Assembly (NCBI GenBank): GCA_038131165.1
Contig: JAYPOZ010000002.1
Location: 52,755 to 116,754 of the forward strand
Length of the DNA: 64,000 nucleotides
DNA from: Rickettsiales bacterium
Lineage (GTDB): Bacteria; Pseudomonadota; Alphaproteobacteria; UBA8366
Reading direction: 5' to 3'
This document shows, in pieces, positions 10,655 through 21,094 of the stretch (positions within the stretch are counted from its first letter, which is position 1; each line of letters starts with the position of its first letter). Below the pieces are notes generated by a model. The model was given only the letters and a program-made list of their open reading frames with translations. It ran no database searches and was not told where the DNA came from. Made by a program: the position numbers and the translations under genes.

Positions 10655-11770
10655 TTACTGGGCGCCGAGGCGCAGCACATAGCCGCCGCGCGCGCTCTCG
10701 AATTCAAGGTCGAGATTGCTTTGCGCCATCGACAAACGAAGTTGATCCGGCCCACCGGAATATTCAAGGTCAACGGACGCCGCTTCGATCGACAACTGGA
10801 CCAGCCTCATGTCGATAATCGGCGAGACCTGAGCCAATCGGTTCCGAATCGCCAGCCAGTTCTGCAATGACTTGAGCGGCACGAAAATGCTGATCCGTTG
10901 GCGCCCGACCACGCTTTGAAGATTGTCGCGCTTCCAATCTTCCTCCGCCCGGATGATCAGGGCTTCGACGGCGGAGTTCAGAAGGCCGTCGACACCTTCG
11001 CCCGCCGACGCAGAGAAACTGCGCACAAATGTCCGGCCGGTATCCGCCTTCCCGAAGCGGGTCATTGACACCTGAACGGATAGCACGCCAGTGCGCGGGT
11101 CGATATCGAGCTCGGCGACAGCGACCAGGGTGCCGAAAGCGTCGTATTTGCCCGCGATGGCGGACAGGCGTTTCTCGTCGCCGTTGAGCGCCTGCTCGGC
11201 GCTGATGGCCGCGATGTCGGAGTAATCTCCCAAAGGGACGACCATTGGCAGTAGACCCGATGGGGACGGATGGTTCGCCCAGGCGGCGAACCATGGATTG
11301 GGATCGTCCCACAGTAGAACCGACCCCGCCGCCCGGTAGACGGGCAATACCACGACGGGACGGCTCACGGTCTCGGCGATCGGCACATCGCGCTGGCGTA
11401 ACATTTCGCGCACTGCCGAACGCTTGAACCGCACGGTCAGTTTGGCGACATATCGCCCGCCACCGAACTTCTCCTCGACAATCGCATAGTCCCGAATCGC
11501 GCGTTGAACGGCATTCGCATCGATGTCCGGCAGCCGGTCGTAGTCATCCCTTAATGTGATCTTTTCGATCAGGCGCTGCAGCGCGGCCTGCTGGGCAATT
11601 TCGATGCCGCGCGCCTTTGCGGCAACCTCGTCGGCAGCCCTTTCGTCGACCGTGACGCCTTCAATCGCATAGAGATTGCGCACATCGGCATGAGCCGTTC
11701 CGGTCCATAAGACAAACCACATGGCCATGACCGCATACACACGGCCCGATGGGATCCACCGATCCGACAT
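10655..11770 (-). CDS. secreted conserved protein, DUF2066-like
   Basis: Internal Met gives signal-peptide-like [28 protein letters not shown]. Divergent from purM. The DUF name is from memory of synteny and was not searched. Confidence 0.5.
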   Translation of the reverse strand: MSDRWIPSGRVYAVMAMWFVLWTGTAHADVRNLYAIEGVTVDERAADEVAAKARGIEIAQQAALQRLIEKITLRDDYDRLPDIDANAVQRAIRDYAIVEEKFGGGRYVAKLTVRFKRSAVREMLRQRDVPIAETVSRPVVVLPVYRAAGSVLLWDDPNPWFAAWANHPSPSGLLPMVVPLGDYSDIAAISAEQALNGDEKRLSAIAGKYDAFGTLVAVAELDIDPRTGVLSVQVSMTRFGKADTGRTFVRSFSASAGEGVDGLLNSAVEALIIRAEEDWKRDNLQSVVGRQRISIFVPLKSLQNWLAIRNRLAQVSPIIDMRLVQLSIEAASVDLEYSGGPDQLRLSMAQSNLDLEFESARGGYVLRLGAQ

Positions 11771-11863
11771 TGCAAACGCCTCCGGATGAAGTATTTTCGG
11801 CCCATTGGTATATACAAGCTTCGCCGAGAGGACACCATAGTCGCTCAACCACCACGCACTCCG

Positions 11864-12895
11864 ATGACCTACCGCGGCGCCGGAGTAAATATAGATGCGG
11901 GAAACGCTCTCGTCGAAGCCATCAAGCCGCTTGCCCGATCGACATCGCGGCGTGGCGCAAACGCTGATTTAGGCGGCTTCGGCGGTTTGTTCGATCTGCG
12001 TGCGGCCGGCTTCGAAGATCCCTTGCTCGTCGCCGCGACCGACGGCGTCGGCACCAAACTGAAACTCGCCTTCAGCACCGGCATCCACGATACGGTCGGC
12101 ATCGACCTGGTCGCCATGTGCGTGAACGATCTCGTCGTCCAGGGCGCCGAACCGTTGTTCTTTCTGGACTATCTGGCCACGGGACATCTCGATCCCGATG
12201 TCGCAGCCGCGGTGATTTCGGGCATCGCCGACGGATGCCGTCAGGCGGGGTGCGCGTTGATCGGCGGCGAGACGGCGGAAATGCCCGGCATGTATGGCGA
12301 CGGCGAGTACGACCTGGCGGGTTTCACGGTCGGCGCGGTGGAGCGCGACAACGTCATTGACGGCACGAAGGTGCAGTCGGGAGACACGCTTCTGGGCTTG
12401 GCGTCGAATGGCGTCCATTCCAATGGTTTTTCCTTGGTCCGCCGTGTGATCGAGCGGGCGGGGATCGACTTTGATACGCCAGCCCCGTTCGATTCGAGGC
12501 AAAGTCTGGGAGAAGCCCTGCTCGCTCCGACCAAGGTTTATGTGCGGTCCTGCCTCGCCGGGATCGCGGCGGGCGAAGTTCATGGATTGGCACATATCAC
12601 TGGCGGCGGCCTTCTTGAAAATATTCCCAGAGTCCTGCCGGAAGGCCTCGGCGTCCGGCTTTCCCGCTCCGCCTGGCCGTCAATTCCGGTGTTCGATTGG
12701 ATCGCCGATGTCGGCGCCGTGCCGCCCGAGGAAATGGCGCGGACCTTCAATCTTGGCATCGGCATGGTGCTGATCGTCAATCCGGAAACGAAGCAAGAAA
12801 CAATGACGGCGCTGCGGGAAAGCGGCGAATCCGTGTTCGAGATCGGCGAAGTCGTATTCCAGACGGACGGCGCTTTGGTCCGGATCGAGGATTGA
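11864..12895 (+). CDS. purM: phosphoribosylformylglycinamidine cyclo-ligase (AIR synthetase)
   Basis: [26 protein letters not shown]. Internal ATG at 11864 preferred over 11786. Confidence 0.95.
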   Translation: MTYRGAGVNIDAGNALVEAIKPLARSTSRRGANADLGGFGGLFDLRAAGFEDPLLVAATDGVGTKLKLAFSTGIHDTVGIDLVAMCVNDLVVQGAEPLFFLDYLATGHLDPDVAAAVISGIADGCRQAGCALIGGETAEMPGMYGDGEYDLAGFTVGAVERDNVIDGTKVQSGDTLLGLASNGVHSNGFSLVRRVIERAGIDFDTPAPFDSRQSLGEALLAPTKVYVRSCLAGIAAGEVHGLAHITGGGLLENIPRVLPEGLGVRLSRSAWPSIPVFDWIADVGAVPPEEMARTFNLGIGMVLIVNPETKQETMTALRESGESVFEIGEVVFQTDGALVRIED

Positions 12896-12899
12896 TTTC

Positions 12900-13556
12900 A
12901 TGCCCGACCGGCTGAAACTGGCGGTCTTAATCTCCGGCCGGGGCAGCAACTTGCAGGCCCTGATCGACGCAACTCTGCAGCCCGATTTTCCAGCTCAAAT
13001 CGCACGTGTGATTTCGAACGAGCCGGACGCCGGAGGATTGGAACGGGCGGCGGCGGCCGGTATTCCGACACAAGTGATACCCCATCGCGACCATCCGGAC
13101 CGAGAGAGCTTCGAAGCGGTGCTCGATCGCGAGATTCGCGCATCGGGTGCGGAGTTGATCGCACTGGCGGGCTTCATGCGGTTGCTGACAGCCGGGTTCG
13201 TGACGGCGTGGCGCGACCGTCTGATCAACATCCATCCCTCGCTGCTGCCGGCCTTCAAGGGATTGCACACGCATGAACGTGCCCTCGAAGCGGGTGTCCG
13301 GTTTACCGGCTGCACTGTGCATTACGTTCGCCCGGAAATGGACGAAGGCCCGATTATCGTGCAAGCGGCCGTCCCCGTATTACCAGCCGACACGGCCGAC
13401 AGCCTGGCCGAAAGGGTTTTGGCGCTGGAGCATATTATCTACCCCCACGCTGTCCGGCTCATCGCCGAGGGCAAGGTGCGGGTCGATGGCGAGCGGGCAC
13501 TGGTCGACGGGGATGGGACGGAGACCGCGGGTGCGACGATTAACCCCGCCCCCTGA
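12900..13556 (+). CDS. purN: phosphoribosylglycinamide formyltransferase
   Basis: LAVLISGRGSNLQALID, NIHPSLLPAFKG. Confidence 0.95.
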   Translation: MPDRLKLAVLISGRGSNLQALIDATLQPDFPAQIARVISNEPDAGGLERAAAAGIPTQVIPHRDHPDRESFEAVLDREIRASGAELIALAGFMRLLTAGFVTAWRDRLINIHPSLLPAFKGLHTHERALEAGVRFTGCTVHYVRPEMDEGPIIVQAAVPVLPADTADSLAERVLALEHIIYPHAVRLIAEGKVRVDGERALVDGDGTETAGATINPAP

Positions 13557-13633
13557 TCGTCCTGACGTCTTGCCTTAAGGGCATCGGATGTATAGGTAAG
13601 TTTGAGTATTTTGAATTTGGAAGGTGATCGGAA

Positions 13634-13768
13634 ATGGTTCCGGAACTCGAATATCGCAAGGCCACGGACGAGCATCTCAGGACGTGGGAACGCGTCGTTA
13701 AATTGTTTACCGTGTCTGTCATTGGCATCGCGATTCTGTTGGGCCTGATGGCGGCGACGCTTCTCTAG
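13634..13768 (+). CDS. 44-aa single-TM protein, aa3-type cytochrome c oxidase subunit IV-like (not in the ORF track)
   Basis: ATG 13634 to TAG 13766-13768. GGAAGG lies 9 nt upstream. MVPELEYRKATDEHLRTWERVVKLFTVSVIGIAILLGLMAATLL. Followed by a strong terminator. Confidence 0.6.
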   Translation: MVPELEYRKATDEHLRTWERVVKLFTVSVIGIAILLGLMAATLL

Positions 13769-13788
13769 ACGCGCTTTCAGCGGCAGAC

Positions 13789-13826
13789 AAAAAACAGGCG
13801 CGCCACCAGGGCGCGCCTTTTGTTTT
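13789..13826. terminator. bidirectional intrinsic terminator between the small ORF and ndk
   Basis: AAAAACA-GGCGCGCC-ACCAG-GGCGCGCC-TTTTGTTTT. GC stem flanked by an A-run and a T-run, lying between convergent genes. Confidence 0.8.
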
Positions 13827-13847
13827 CATACCATGTCTCGGATTCGA

Positions 13848-14270
13848 TCAGCCGACGATTTCCGTCCCTGCGAAGAAGTAGGAAATTTCCCAGGCCGCCG
13901 TCTCGGGGGCATCGGAGCCATGGACGGAATTCGCCTCCACTGACTCGCCGAAATCCTTTCGGATGGTCCCTTCCGCGGCATTCGCCGGATTCGTCGCACC
14001 CATGATTTCCCGGTTCTTCGCAATGGCGTCTTCGCCCTCCAGAACCTGAACCAAGATCGGTCCGGAGGACATGAACTCGCACAAATCGCCGAAGAAAGCG
14101 CGTTCCGCATGCACGTAATAGAACTGTTCGGCCTGCTTGAGGGTCAACCGCATGCGCTTCTGAGCGACAATCCGTAAGCCGGACTGTTCGAACCGCGCAT
14201 TGATCTGACCGGTAAGATTCCGCCGTGTCGCGTCCGGCTTAACGATAGATAGTGTTCTCTCGACCGCCAT
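13848..14270 (-). CDS. ndk: nucleoside diphosphate kinase
   Basis: [21 protein letters not shown] active-site His. Internal ATG 14270 gives the canonical 140 aa. Confidence 0.95.
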   Translation of the reverse strand: MAVERTLSIVKPDATRRNLTGQINARFEQSGLRIVAQKRMRLTLKQAEQFYYVHAERAFFGDLCEFMSSGPILVQVLEGEDAIAKNREIMGATNPANAAEGTIRKDFGESVEANSVHGSDAPETAAWEISYFFAGTEIVG

Positions 14271-14416
14271 AATGGACAGCCTCCTTACCCTTGCCACTCC
14301 GTTGAGGCGCCGGGTTATAGACGGAGTGATCGCCGACGGCAAGTAGTTCCTGAAACGCGGAATCATGCGAGCAAATGCCTGACAATCCACTCGGCGCGTG
14401 ATATTGACCCCTCCCC

Positions 14417-16294
14417 ATGCTGACCTTCAACGAACTCTCCATCCGCGTCGGCGGACGCATGCTGATCGAAAACGCCTCGGTGCAGCTCCCCGAGCGCGGG
14501 AACGTGGGCCTGATCGGGCGGAACGGCACCGGCAAGTCGACCCTACTGCGCGCCATTTTGCGCGAGTTTCCGTTGGAATCCGGTGAAATTACGCATCGCA
14601 GCAATGCCCGCATCGGAACCGTGGCGCAGGAAGCCCCTTCGGGCGCACAGACGCCGCTTGAGCACGTCCTGGCCGCCAATGTCGAGCGGACCCGCCTGCT
14701 GGCGGAACTGGAAGAGACGACCGACGGTATCCGCGTGGCCGCGATTCACGAGCGGCTGAACGATATCGAGGCGCATTCCGCGCCGGCGCGGGTCGCGCGG
14801 ATTTTGGCCGGACTGGGCTTCGACGAGGCCGCACAGAACCGCCCCTTGGGGACATTTTCCGGCGGCTGGCGCATGCGGGTCGCATTGGCCGCCGGATTGT
14901 TCAGCGAGCCAGATTTCCTGCTGCTCGACGAGCCGACCAACCATCTCGATCTCGAAGCTTCGATCTGGCTCGAGGGGTACCTGGCGCGCTATCCCAATGG
15001 CCTGCTGCTGGTCAGCCATGACCGGGATCTTCTCAACCGCGTTGCGGACGGCATTCTTCATCTCGACAACCAAAGACTGACCTATTACGCGGGCAACTTC
15101 GAACGGTTCGAGCGGACCCGGCGCGAGCAGCTCGCCCACCAGCAGGCGATGTTCGAGCGCCAGCAGGCGGAGCGAAAGCACATTCAAGCCTTTGTCGACC
15201 GCTTTCGCTATAAGGCGAGCAAAGCGCGCCAAGCCCAGAGTCGGCTGAAAATGCTCGAGCGGATGGAGCCCATCGCGGCGGTTACGGGCGAGCGGACGGC
15301 GAAATTCGAGTTCCCCAAGCCGGTCGAATTGGCGCCGCCCATCTTCGTCCTGGAAGATGCGTCCGTCGGCTATGGGCCGGAGACGACGATTCTGCGCGGC
15401 CTCGATGTCAGAATCGACATGGACGACCGTATCGCGCTGCTCGGCGCCAACGGCAACGGCAAGACGACGTTTCTGCGGCTTCTGGCGAACGAGCTCCAGC
15501 CGCAGAGCGGGCATGTCCGGCGCACATCCAAACTGGACGTGGGTTACTTCGCGCAAGACCAGTTCGACCTGCTGGAGCCCAGCCGGACGGCGTTCCAGCA
15601 TCTCGCGGCGTTGATCCCCGACGCGAGCGACGCCAAGGTGAGAGGGCATCTCGGGCGTTTCGGATTGGAACAGGCGAAGGGCGACACGAGAATCGAAAAT
15701 CTCTCGGGCGGCGAGAAGGCGCGTCTCGTGCTTGCGTCGATTACCACCAAAGCGCCGCAGATGCTGCTGTTGGACGAACCGACGAACCATTTGGACATCG
15801 ATGCCCGCGAGGCCTTGATACAGGCCCTGAACGCCTTCGAGGGCGCGGTCGTGATCGTCAGCCACGACCCGCATCTGGTCTCTCTCGTCGCCGACCGCTT
15901 GTGGCTGATCAAGGACGGCCGCTGCGAGAATTTCGACGGCGACGTGTCGGATTACCGGAGTCTCGTCCTCGACGGCGGCCGGCAGGCGCGGAAGGAAGAA
16001 AAGGTGAAGGTATCGGACCCCACGTCAAAGCGCGAGGAGCGAAAGCGGCGTGCCGAGGAGCGGGCGGCGCAGGCCTCTTTGCGGACGGCTGTTCGCGACG
16101 CGGAGAAGAAGATGGAGAAACTCGCGGCACAGCGGGATTCCGTGGCGGCGAAGCTCGCGGACCCGAAGATCTATGAAGGCCCGACTGCCGATTTCGCCGA
16201 ACTTGCGAAACGAAAAGCCGAGCTCGACGAAACGTTGGCCGCCGCGGAAACCGCCTGGCTGGAAGCCCAGGAGGCGCTCGAAGGCGGGGCATAA
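14417..16294 (+). CDS. ABC-F family ATPase (no TM domain)
   Basis: Two cassettes: [11 protein letters not shown] with [12 protein letters not shown], and [11 protein letters not shown] with [12 protein letters not shown]. Charged coiled C-terminal tail. Confidence 0.9.
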   Translation: MLTFNELSIRVGGRMLIENASVQLPERGNVGLIGRNGTGKSTLLRAILREFPLESGEITHRSNARIGTVAQEAPSGAQTPLEHVLAANVERTRLLAELEETTDGIRVAAIHERLNDIEAHSAPARVARILAGLGFDEAAQNRPLGTFSGGWRMRVALAAGLFSEPDFLLLDEPTNHLDLEASIWLEGYLARYPNGLLLVSHDRDLLNRVADGILHLDNQRLTYYAGNFERFERTRREQLAHQQAMFERQQAERKHIQAFVDRFRYKASKARQAQSRLKMLERMEPIAAVTGERTAKFEFPKPVELAPPIFVLEDASVGYGPETTILRGLDVRIDMDDRIALLGANGNGKTTFLRLLANELQPQSGHVRRTSKLDVGYFAQDQFDLLEPSRTAFQHLAALIPDASDAKVRGHLGRFGLEQAKGDTRIENLSGGEKARLVLASITTKAPQMLLLDEPTNHLDIDAREALIQALNAFEGAVVIVSHDPHLVSLVADRLWLIKDGRCENFDGDVSDYRSLVLDGGRQARKEEKVKVSDPTSKREERKRRAEERAAQASLRTAVRDAEKKMEKLAAQRDSVAAKLADPKIYEGPTADFAELAKRKAELDETLAAAETAWLEAQEALEGGA

Positions 16295-16450
16295 ACGAGC
16301 GCGCACTCGACATAGGCTGGGCCGGCGCCTGACCCGCATCGGCAGCGACCATCGCAAACGGCTGGAGCCAACCGAACAGCGCAACAATCGGAATGCGTGG
16401 CCGGTTTGGACGCCTTATATCTTGCGACCCGTACATTCGGAGGTCTCGAT

Positions 16451-17164
16451 ATGCCGGATTCGATTGAACAGCGCATCGCCAAGCTCGACTGGGCGTCCAT
16501 CGAGACCGACCTGGACGCGGCCGGATATGCCCTAACCGGCCCCCTGCTCGCCCCTTTGGAATGCATAGATTTCATTCGATCCTATGAAATATCGGAAATC
16601 TTTCGAAATCGTATCGATATATCCCGGCATAATTTCGGCCGCGGCGAGTATCGGTATTTCGCCTATCCGCTTCCGGACATCGTTCAAGCCTTGCGGACGG
16701 GCCTGTATCCGCCCCTGGCGCGCATCGCCAACCGTTGGCGTTCGTCATTACGAATTCATAATGATTATCCAAACAATCACGAAACCTATCTCGCAACGTG
16801 CCACGGCGCCGGACAAAGCCGTCCCACGCCTCTCCTGCTGAAATATGGTCCGGAAGACTATAATTGCCTGCATCGCGATCTTTATGGAGAGATCGTCTTC
16901 CCACTGCAGGTCGCTTTTCTACTCGACGCGCCCGACAGCGACTTTACCGGCGGCGAATTCGTGCTCACGGAGCAGCGCCCGCGCATGCAGTCGCGTGTCG
17001 AAGTCGTCCCCCTCGCCCGCGGTGAAGGCGTTATTTTCCCGGTCGACGAGCGGCCGGTCGAGGGGACCCGCGGCTTCTACCGGGCGCGCATGCGCCATGG
17101 GGTCAGCCGCGTGAGAACCGGCCAGCGCCATACGCTTGGGATCATTTTTCACGACGCGGCATAG
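16451..17164 (+). CDS. 2OG-Fe(II) oxygenase superfamily protein (COG3826/Oxygenase-NA-like)
   Basis: HxD in NCLHRDLYG, distal His in RMRHGVSRV, RHTLGIIFHDA. GGAGG lies 7 nt before ATG 16451. Confidence 0.65.
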   Translation: MPDSIEQRIAKLDWASIETDLDAAGYALTGPLLAPLECIDFIRSYEISEIFRNRIDISRHNFGRGEYRYFAYPLPDIVQALRTGLYPPLARIANRWRSSLRIHNDYPNNHETYLATCHGAGQSRPTPLLLKYGPEDYNCLHRDLYGEIVFPLQVAFLLDAPDSDFTGGEFVLTEQRPRMQSRVEVVPLARGEGVIFPVDERPVEGTRGFYRARMRHGVSRVRTGQRHTLGIIFHDAA

Positions 17165-17174
17165 CGGCCGCGAT

Positions 17175-17777
17175 CTAATGCGGTAAACCGTCCATGCCGG
17201 TATAGCCCGGCAAGGCTTCGATCCGCCGCATCCAGGCGGTCAACGCGGTGTAGGGCGCCAAATCGACCTGACCTTCCCACACCAGGCCGGTATAGGGATA
17301 GACGGCGATATCGGCGATGGTCGGGCCGGCGCCGACCAGCCAATCTCGGTCGGCGAGATGGTCCTCCAGAACCTGGAATGCCGCCCTCGCGAGCGCTTGG
17401 GCCCCCGGATGATCGCCGTCCCGCTTAAATTTCGGAATGGCGCGGGCGGTGGCCGGTCCGTCCCACATTTCCTTGGCGGCAAACGAGAGCCATTGCGTGA
17501 CATGGGCTTGGTTCACCGGGTCACTCGGCAACCAAGTGCCCTCCTTGTCGTATTTCCGCGCGAGATAGACCAAGATCGCCTGCGAATCCCACACCGTCAC
17601 GCCAGCGTCTTCCAGCACCGGCACCTTGCCGAGCGGGTGCCGCGCCAGGTGCTCCGGCGACTTTTGATCCCCATTCGGCAGCGAAATCAATACTTTCTCG
17701 TAGTCCAGACCGAGGAACGACAGCATCATTCGCGCCTTCTGGCAGTTCCCCGACGGCGGGGCATCATAAAGTTTCAT
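17175..17777 (-). CDS. glutathione S-transferase
   Basis: MKLYDAPPSGNCQKARMMLSFLGL..GKVPVLEDAGVTVWDSQAILVYLARKY thioredoxin-like N-domain. Confidence 0.85.
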   Translation of the reverse strand: MKLYDAPPSGNCQKARMMLSFLGLDYEKVLISLPNGDQKSPEHLARHPLGKVPVLEDAGVTVWDSQAILVYLARKYDKEGTWLPSDPVNQAHVTQWLSFAAKEMWDGPATARAIPKFKRDGDHPGAQALARAAFQVLEDHLADRDWLVGAGPTIADIAVYPYTGLVWEGQVDLAPYTALTAWMRRIEALPGYTGMDGLPH

Positions 17778-17801
17778 GGCGTCATCAATTCCTACAGATG
17801 G

Positions 17802-18266
17802 TTACGTCCCTTTGCTTTCGGCTTTCTTTTCCCAAGCGCCGCGGTCCGTCTGTTGCCAATAGGTGAGCGCAAAGCCCGCCTCCTTGCGTCGTTTCCAGTG
17901 ATCCCGGGCCCCCGCGACGGCCAGGTCGTCGCGGCCGTCGAACATCTCGCAGCACAGATCGTATTCGCCGACCCGCGAGGAATCGGCCCCGTCGATCAGG
18001 AATAGGACATTCGCCGAATTCGGATTCTCGTCCGCTTCGGTCAACCAGACCGGTTGGCGGTCCGCGAATCCATCCTTCTTGCTGCCATGCGGCAGGAAAC
18101 CCTCCCGCGAATTCGTCCAGAGCAGGCCATTCAGCGCTTCGACCCGGTCTTCGGATCCCGCCATCACAACCGCCCGCCACCCCCGCTCCAGGGTTTTCTC
18201 CAGAAGCTTCGGCAGCGCCTCTTCCAAGGTGCTGCGCTGCAGGTGGTAGAAGCGGATTTCCGTCAC
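17802..18266 (-). CDS. holC: DNA polymerase III subunit chi
   Basis: MTEIRFYHLQRSTLEEALPKLLEKTLERGWRAVV. Sits immediately downstream of pepA, as in many proteobacteria. Confidence 0.85.
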   Translation of the reverse strand: MTEIRFYHLQRSTLEEALPKLLEKTLERGWRAVVMAGSEDRVEALNGLLWTNSREGFLPHGSKKDGFADRQPVWLTEADENPNSANVLFLIDGADSSRVGEYDLCCEMFDGRDDLAVAGARDHWKRRKEAGFALTYWQQTDRGAWEKKAESKGT

Positions 18267-18272
18267 GCCGGT

Positions 18273-19748
18273 CTAGCCCTCGTAGTTCTCCTGGACAAAG
18301 CGGTCGAGCAGGCGGACGCCGTATCCGGTACCACCGCGCGGTACGGTCGGTGCATCCTTGCTGGACCAGGCCACGCCGGCAATGTCGAGATGCGCCCACG
18401 GTACCTTATTGACGAACCGCTGCAGGAATTGAGCGGCCGTAATCGATCCGCCGTCGCGCCCCGCGACATTCTTCATGTCGGCGCCATCCGTGTTGAGCAG
18501 CTTGTCGTAGGCGTCGCCCAGCGGCATGCGCCAAACTTTCTCGCCGGTGGCGAGGCCCGCCTTGGTCAATTGCTCCGACAGCTTGTCGTCGTTCGAGAAC
18601 ATGCCCGCATGCTCGTGCCCGAGGCTGATGATGATCGCTCCGGTCAACGTCGCCAAGTCGACCATGAGCGCCGGCTTGAAGCGATCCTGCGCATACCAGA
18701 GCACATCCGCCAAGACGAGGCGGCCCTCCGCATCGGTATTGTGGATTTCAATGGTCTGGCCTGACATCGACTTGACAATATCGCCCGGGCGCTGCGCGTT
18801 GCCGTCCGGCATGTTCTCGACAAGGCCGATCAAACCGATCGCATTGACCTTCGCCTTGCGGCCCGCCAGCGCCTTCATCAGGCCCGCGACCGTGCCCGCA
18901 CCGCCCATATCCCATTTCATGTCGTGCATGCCGGGGCCCGGCTTTAGCGAGATACCGCCGGTATCGAAGGTGACGCCCTTGCCGATGAAAGCGATGGGCT
19001 GCTTCGATTTCGCGGCCCCCTCCCATCGCATGATTGCGATCTGGCTCTCCCGGACCGACCCTTGCCCGACCCCGAGCAACGATCCCATGCCGAGTTTCTC
19101 CATCTGCTTCTCGCCCAGGATCTCGACCTTCACACCCAACTTGGTAAGCGCCTTGACCTCCTGCGCGAAGCTTTCGGGATACAGCAAGTTCGGCGGCTCC
19201 GAGACAAGGTCGCGTGTAAAGAAGACGCCTTCGGCGATCTTCTCGAGGGGCGCGAACGCCTTGCGTGCGGCGGCGGCCCCCTTCACCCGCAACGTGAAGG
19301 CCCGCAATGTCGGCTTTGCGTCTGCCTTCTCCTTCGTGCGGTATTTGTCGAAACGGTAGCTCCGGAGATGCGCGCCATGGGCGATGTTCGCGGCCGCCAA
19401 AGGCAACTCCCGCCCCATCGCTTCGACCGCGAGTTGAGCCGACTTGACGCCGGCCTTATTGAGATGCGCATAGAGACGTCCACCAAGCGCTTGCTGCTCG
19501 TTCTCGTCGAGGCCTTTTCCAACGCCCGCCAGGACGATGCGGCCCAGCGCGACATCCGCCGGCGCGACGATATCCAGAATCTGGGATTTCTTGCCGGAGA
19601 ACCGGCTTTCCTTCAAAGCGCGCGAGATCGCGCCGCCTGTCGCCTTGTCGAGTTGACGTGCCGTCGCCGACAGCTTTCCGCCGTCGCCGACACATACCAC
19701 CATTGCGCCGCTTTTCGGCAACCCTGGCTCAGAAAACGAAAGCTTCAT
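18273..19748 (-). CDS. pepA: leucyl aminopeptidase
   Basis: NTDAEGRLVLAD, GKGVTFDTGGISLKP. Internal ATG 19748 (MKLSFSEPGLPK) preferred over 19934. Confidence 0.95.
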   Translation of the reverse strand: MKLSFSEPGLPKSGAMVVCVGDGGKLSATARQLDKATGGAISRALKESRFSGKKSQILDIVAPADVALGRIVLAGVGKGLDENEQQALGGRLYAHLNKAGVKSAQLAVEAMGRELPLAAANIAHGAHLRSYRFDKYRTKEKADAKPTLRAFTLRVKGAAAARKAFAPLEKIAEGVFFTRDLVSEPPNLLYPESFAQEVKALTKLGVKVEILGEKQMEKLGMGSLLGVGQGSVRESQIAIMRWEGAAKSKQPIAFIGKGVTFDTGGISLKPGPGMHDMKWDMGGAGTVAGLMKALAGRKAKVNAIGLIGLVENMPDGNAQRPGDIVKSMSGQTIEIHNTDAEGRLVLADVLWYAQDRFKPALMVDLATLTGAIIISLGHEHAGMFSNDDKLSEQLTKAGLATGEKVWRMPLGDAYDKLLNTDGADMKNVAGRDGGSITAAQFLQRFVNKVPWAHLDIAGVAWSSKDAPTVPRGGTGYGVRLLDRFVQENYEG

Positions 19749-19960
19749 GAATTCCTCGTCCGAAAATTTGCACCGCCGTCCGCTGCGGTTTCCTTTTGTC
19801 ACTCTACTCTCGCGCGGACAAAAGAAAAGCGTATCGACCGAGGAATCGACGCCTCCAGAATTGACGGCTCTCCCGAACACACTATAGGGTACGGCTCCAC
19901 AACGAGGGTACGCTCGGAGAGCCGACGTCAGCACGACGTGCGATCCATGCGGTTTCGGAA

Positions 19961-21094
19961 ATGTCGACTCTCTTCCGTTACATCACCAAACAGCTTCTCT
20001 TCACGACACTTTTCGTAACCCTGATCCTGTGCATGATTTTTTGGCTCGGAAAAGCCTCGACGCTTCTCGATTTTATTCTGAACCGTGGCCTCGATTTCGG
20101 ATTTTTTCTCTATATGAGCATGCTGATATTACCGCGCCTGCTCATCATTATCCTTCCTATCGCGACTTTCGCCACACTTCTATTCGGGTACTACAGGCTT
20201 CAGACGGACAGCGAGCTCGTTGTCATGAGAGCTGCGGGGACAAGTACCTTTGCGCTCGCCAAGCCAGGTCTCTTCGTTGGCGCGATCATCATGGTGCTGA
20301 TGGCGGTCTTGACGTTGTATCTGCTGCCAGCCTCCTACCGCGAATTCAAGGATCAGGAATTCTTGATCCGCCACCAGTTCGGATCCGTGTTTCTACAAGA
20401 GGGGAATTTCAATACCGTCGCCCCTGGCGTTACGGTTTTCGTCCACAAAAGAGGCGTCGACCAGGAACTCCATGGCATTATGCTCCACGACAACCGCGAC
20501 CCAAAGAAACCGCAAACCTGGCTCGCCGAACGGGGCGCCCTGGTTTCCACGGAAAACGGACCCCGGGCGGTCATGGTCAACGGAAATCGCCAGCAGGTGG
20601 ATCGAACAGAGGGCAAATTCTCCATGCTGTTGTTCGATCAGACGACGCTCGATATCGGCGGCACCGCCGATCCCAAATTCAACCGCTGGCGCGAACCTCG
20701 CGAGCGTTTTATCGACGACCTCTTCGACCCTAAGGATACAAATCCGAGCGAACCCTACTACGCAGACCTGATCGCGGAGGGGCACAGCCGCCTCATACAG
20801 CCACTCCTACCGCTCACTTGCGCCGCCGTGACATTGGCGCTTTTGCTCACCGGCAGTTATAGCCGCCGGGGTCAAATGCTCGATATTCTGAAGGCCATTT
20901 CAGTGACCGTCTTGATCCTGGTGGCCAGCCTCGGCACGAGGAGTCTTGCCACAAAACAGCCGATCATGATCTTTGCAATGTATGCGAATGCGCTCGTGCC
21001 GTTGGTCGTCGCTCTGTATTTCCTCTTGAAAACACAAAAATTACGACCTTCTTGGCGTGCCCGAAAGGCGCTACGCCAGGCGAACGGCGCCTAA
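19961..21094 (+). CDS. lptF: LPS export ABC transporter permease LptF
   Basis: YjgP/YjgQ family. MSTLFRYITKQLLFTTLFVTLIL. Divergent from pepA. Confidence 0.9.
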   Translation: MSTLFRYITKQLLFTTLFVTLILCMIFWLGKASTLLDFILNRGLDFGFFLYMSMLILPRLLIIILPIATFATLLFGYYRLQTDSELVVMRAAGTSTFALAKPGLFVGAIIMVLMAVLTLYLLPASYREFKDQEFLIRHQFGSVFLQEGNFNTVAPGVTVFVHKRGVDQELHGIMLHDNRDPKKPQTWLAERGALVSTENGPRAVMVNGNRQQVDRTEGKFSMLLFDQTTLDIGGTADPKFNRWREPRERFIDDLFDPKDTNPSEPYYADLIAEGHSRLIQPLLPLTCAAVTLALLLTGSYSRRGQMLDILKAISVTVLILVASLGTRSLATKQPIMIFAMYANALVPLVVALYFLLKTQKLRPSWRARKALRQANGA

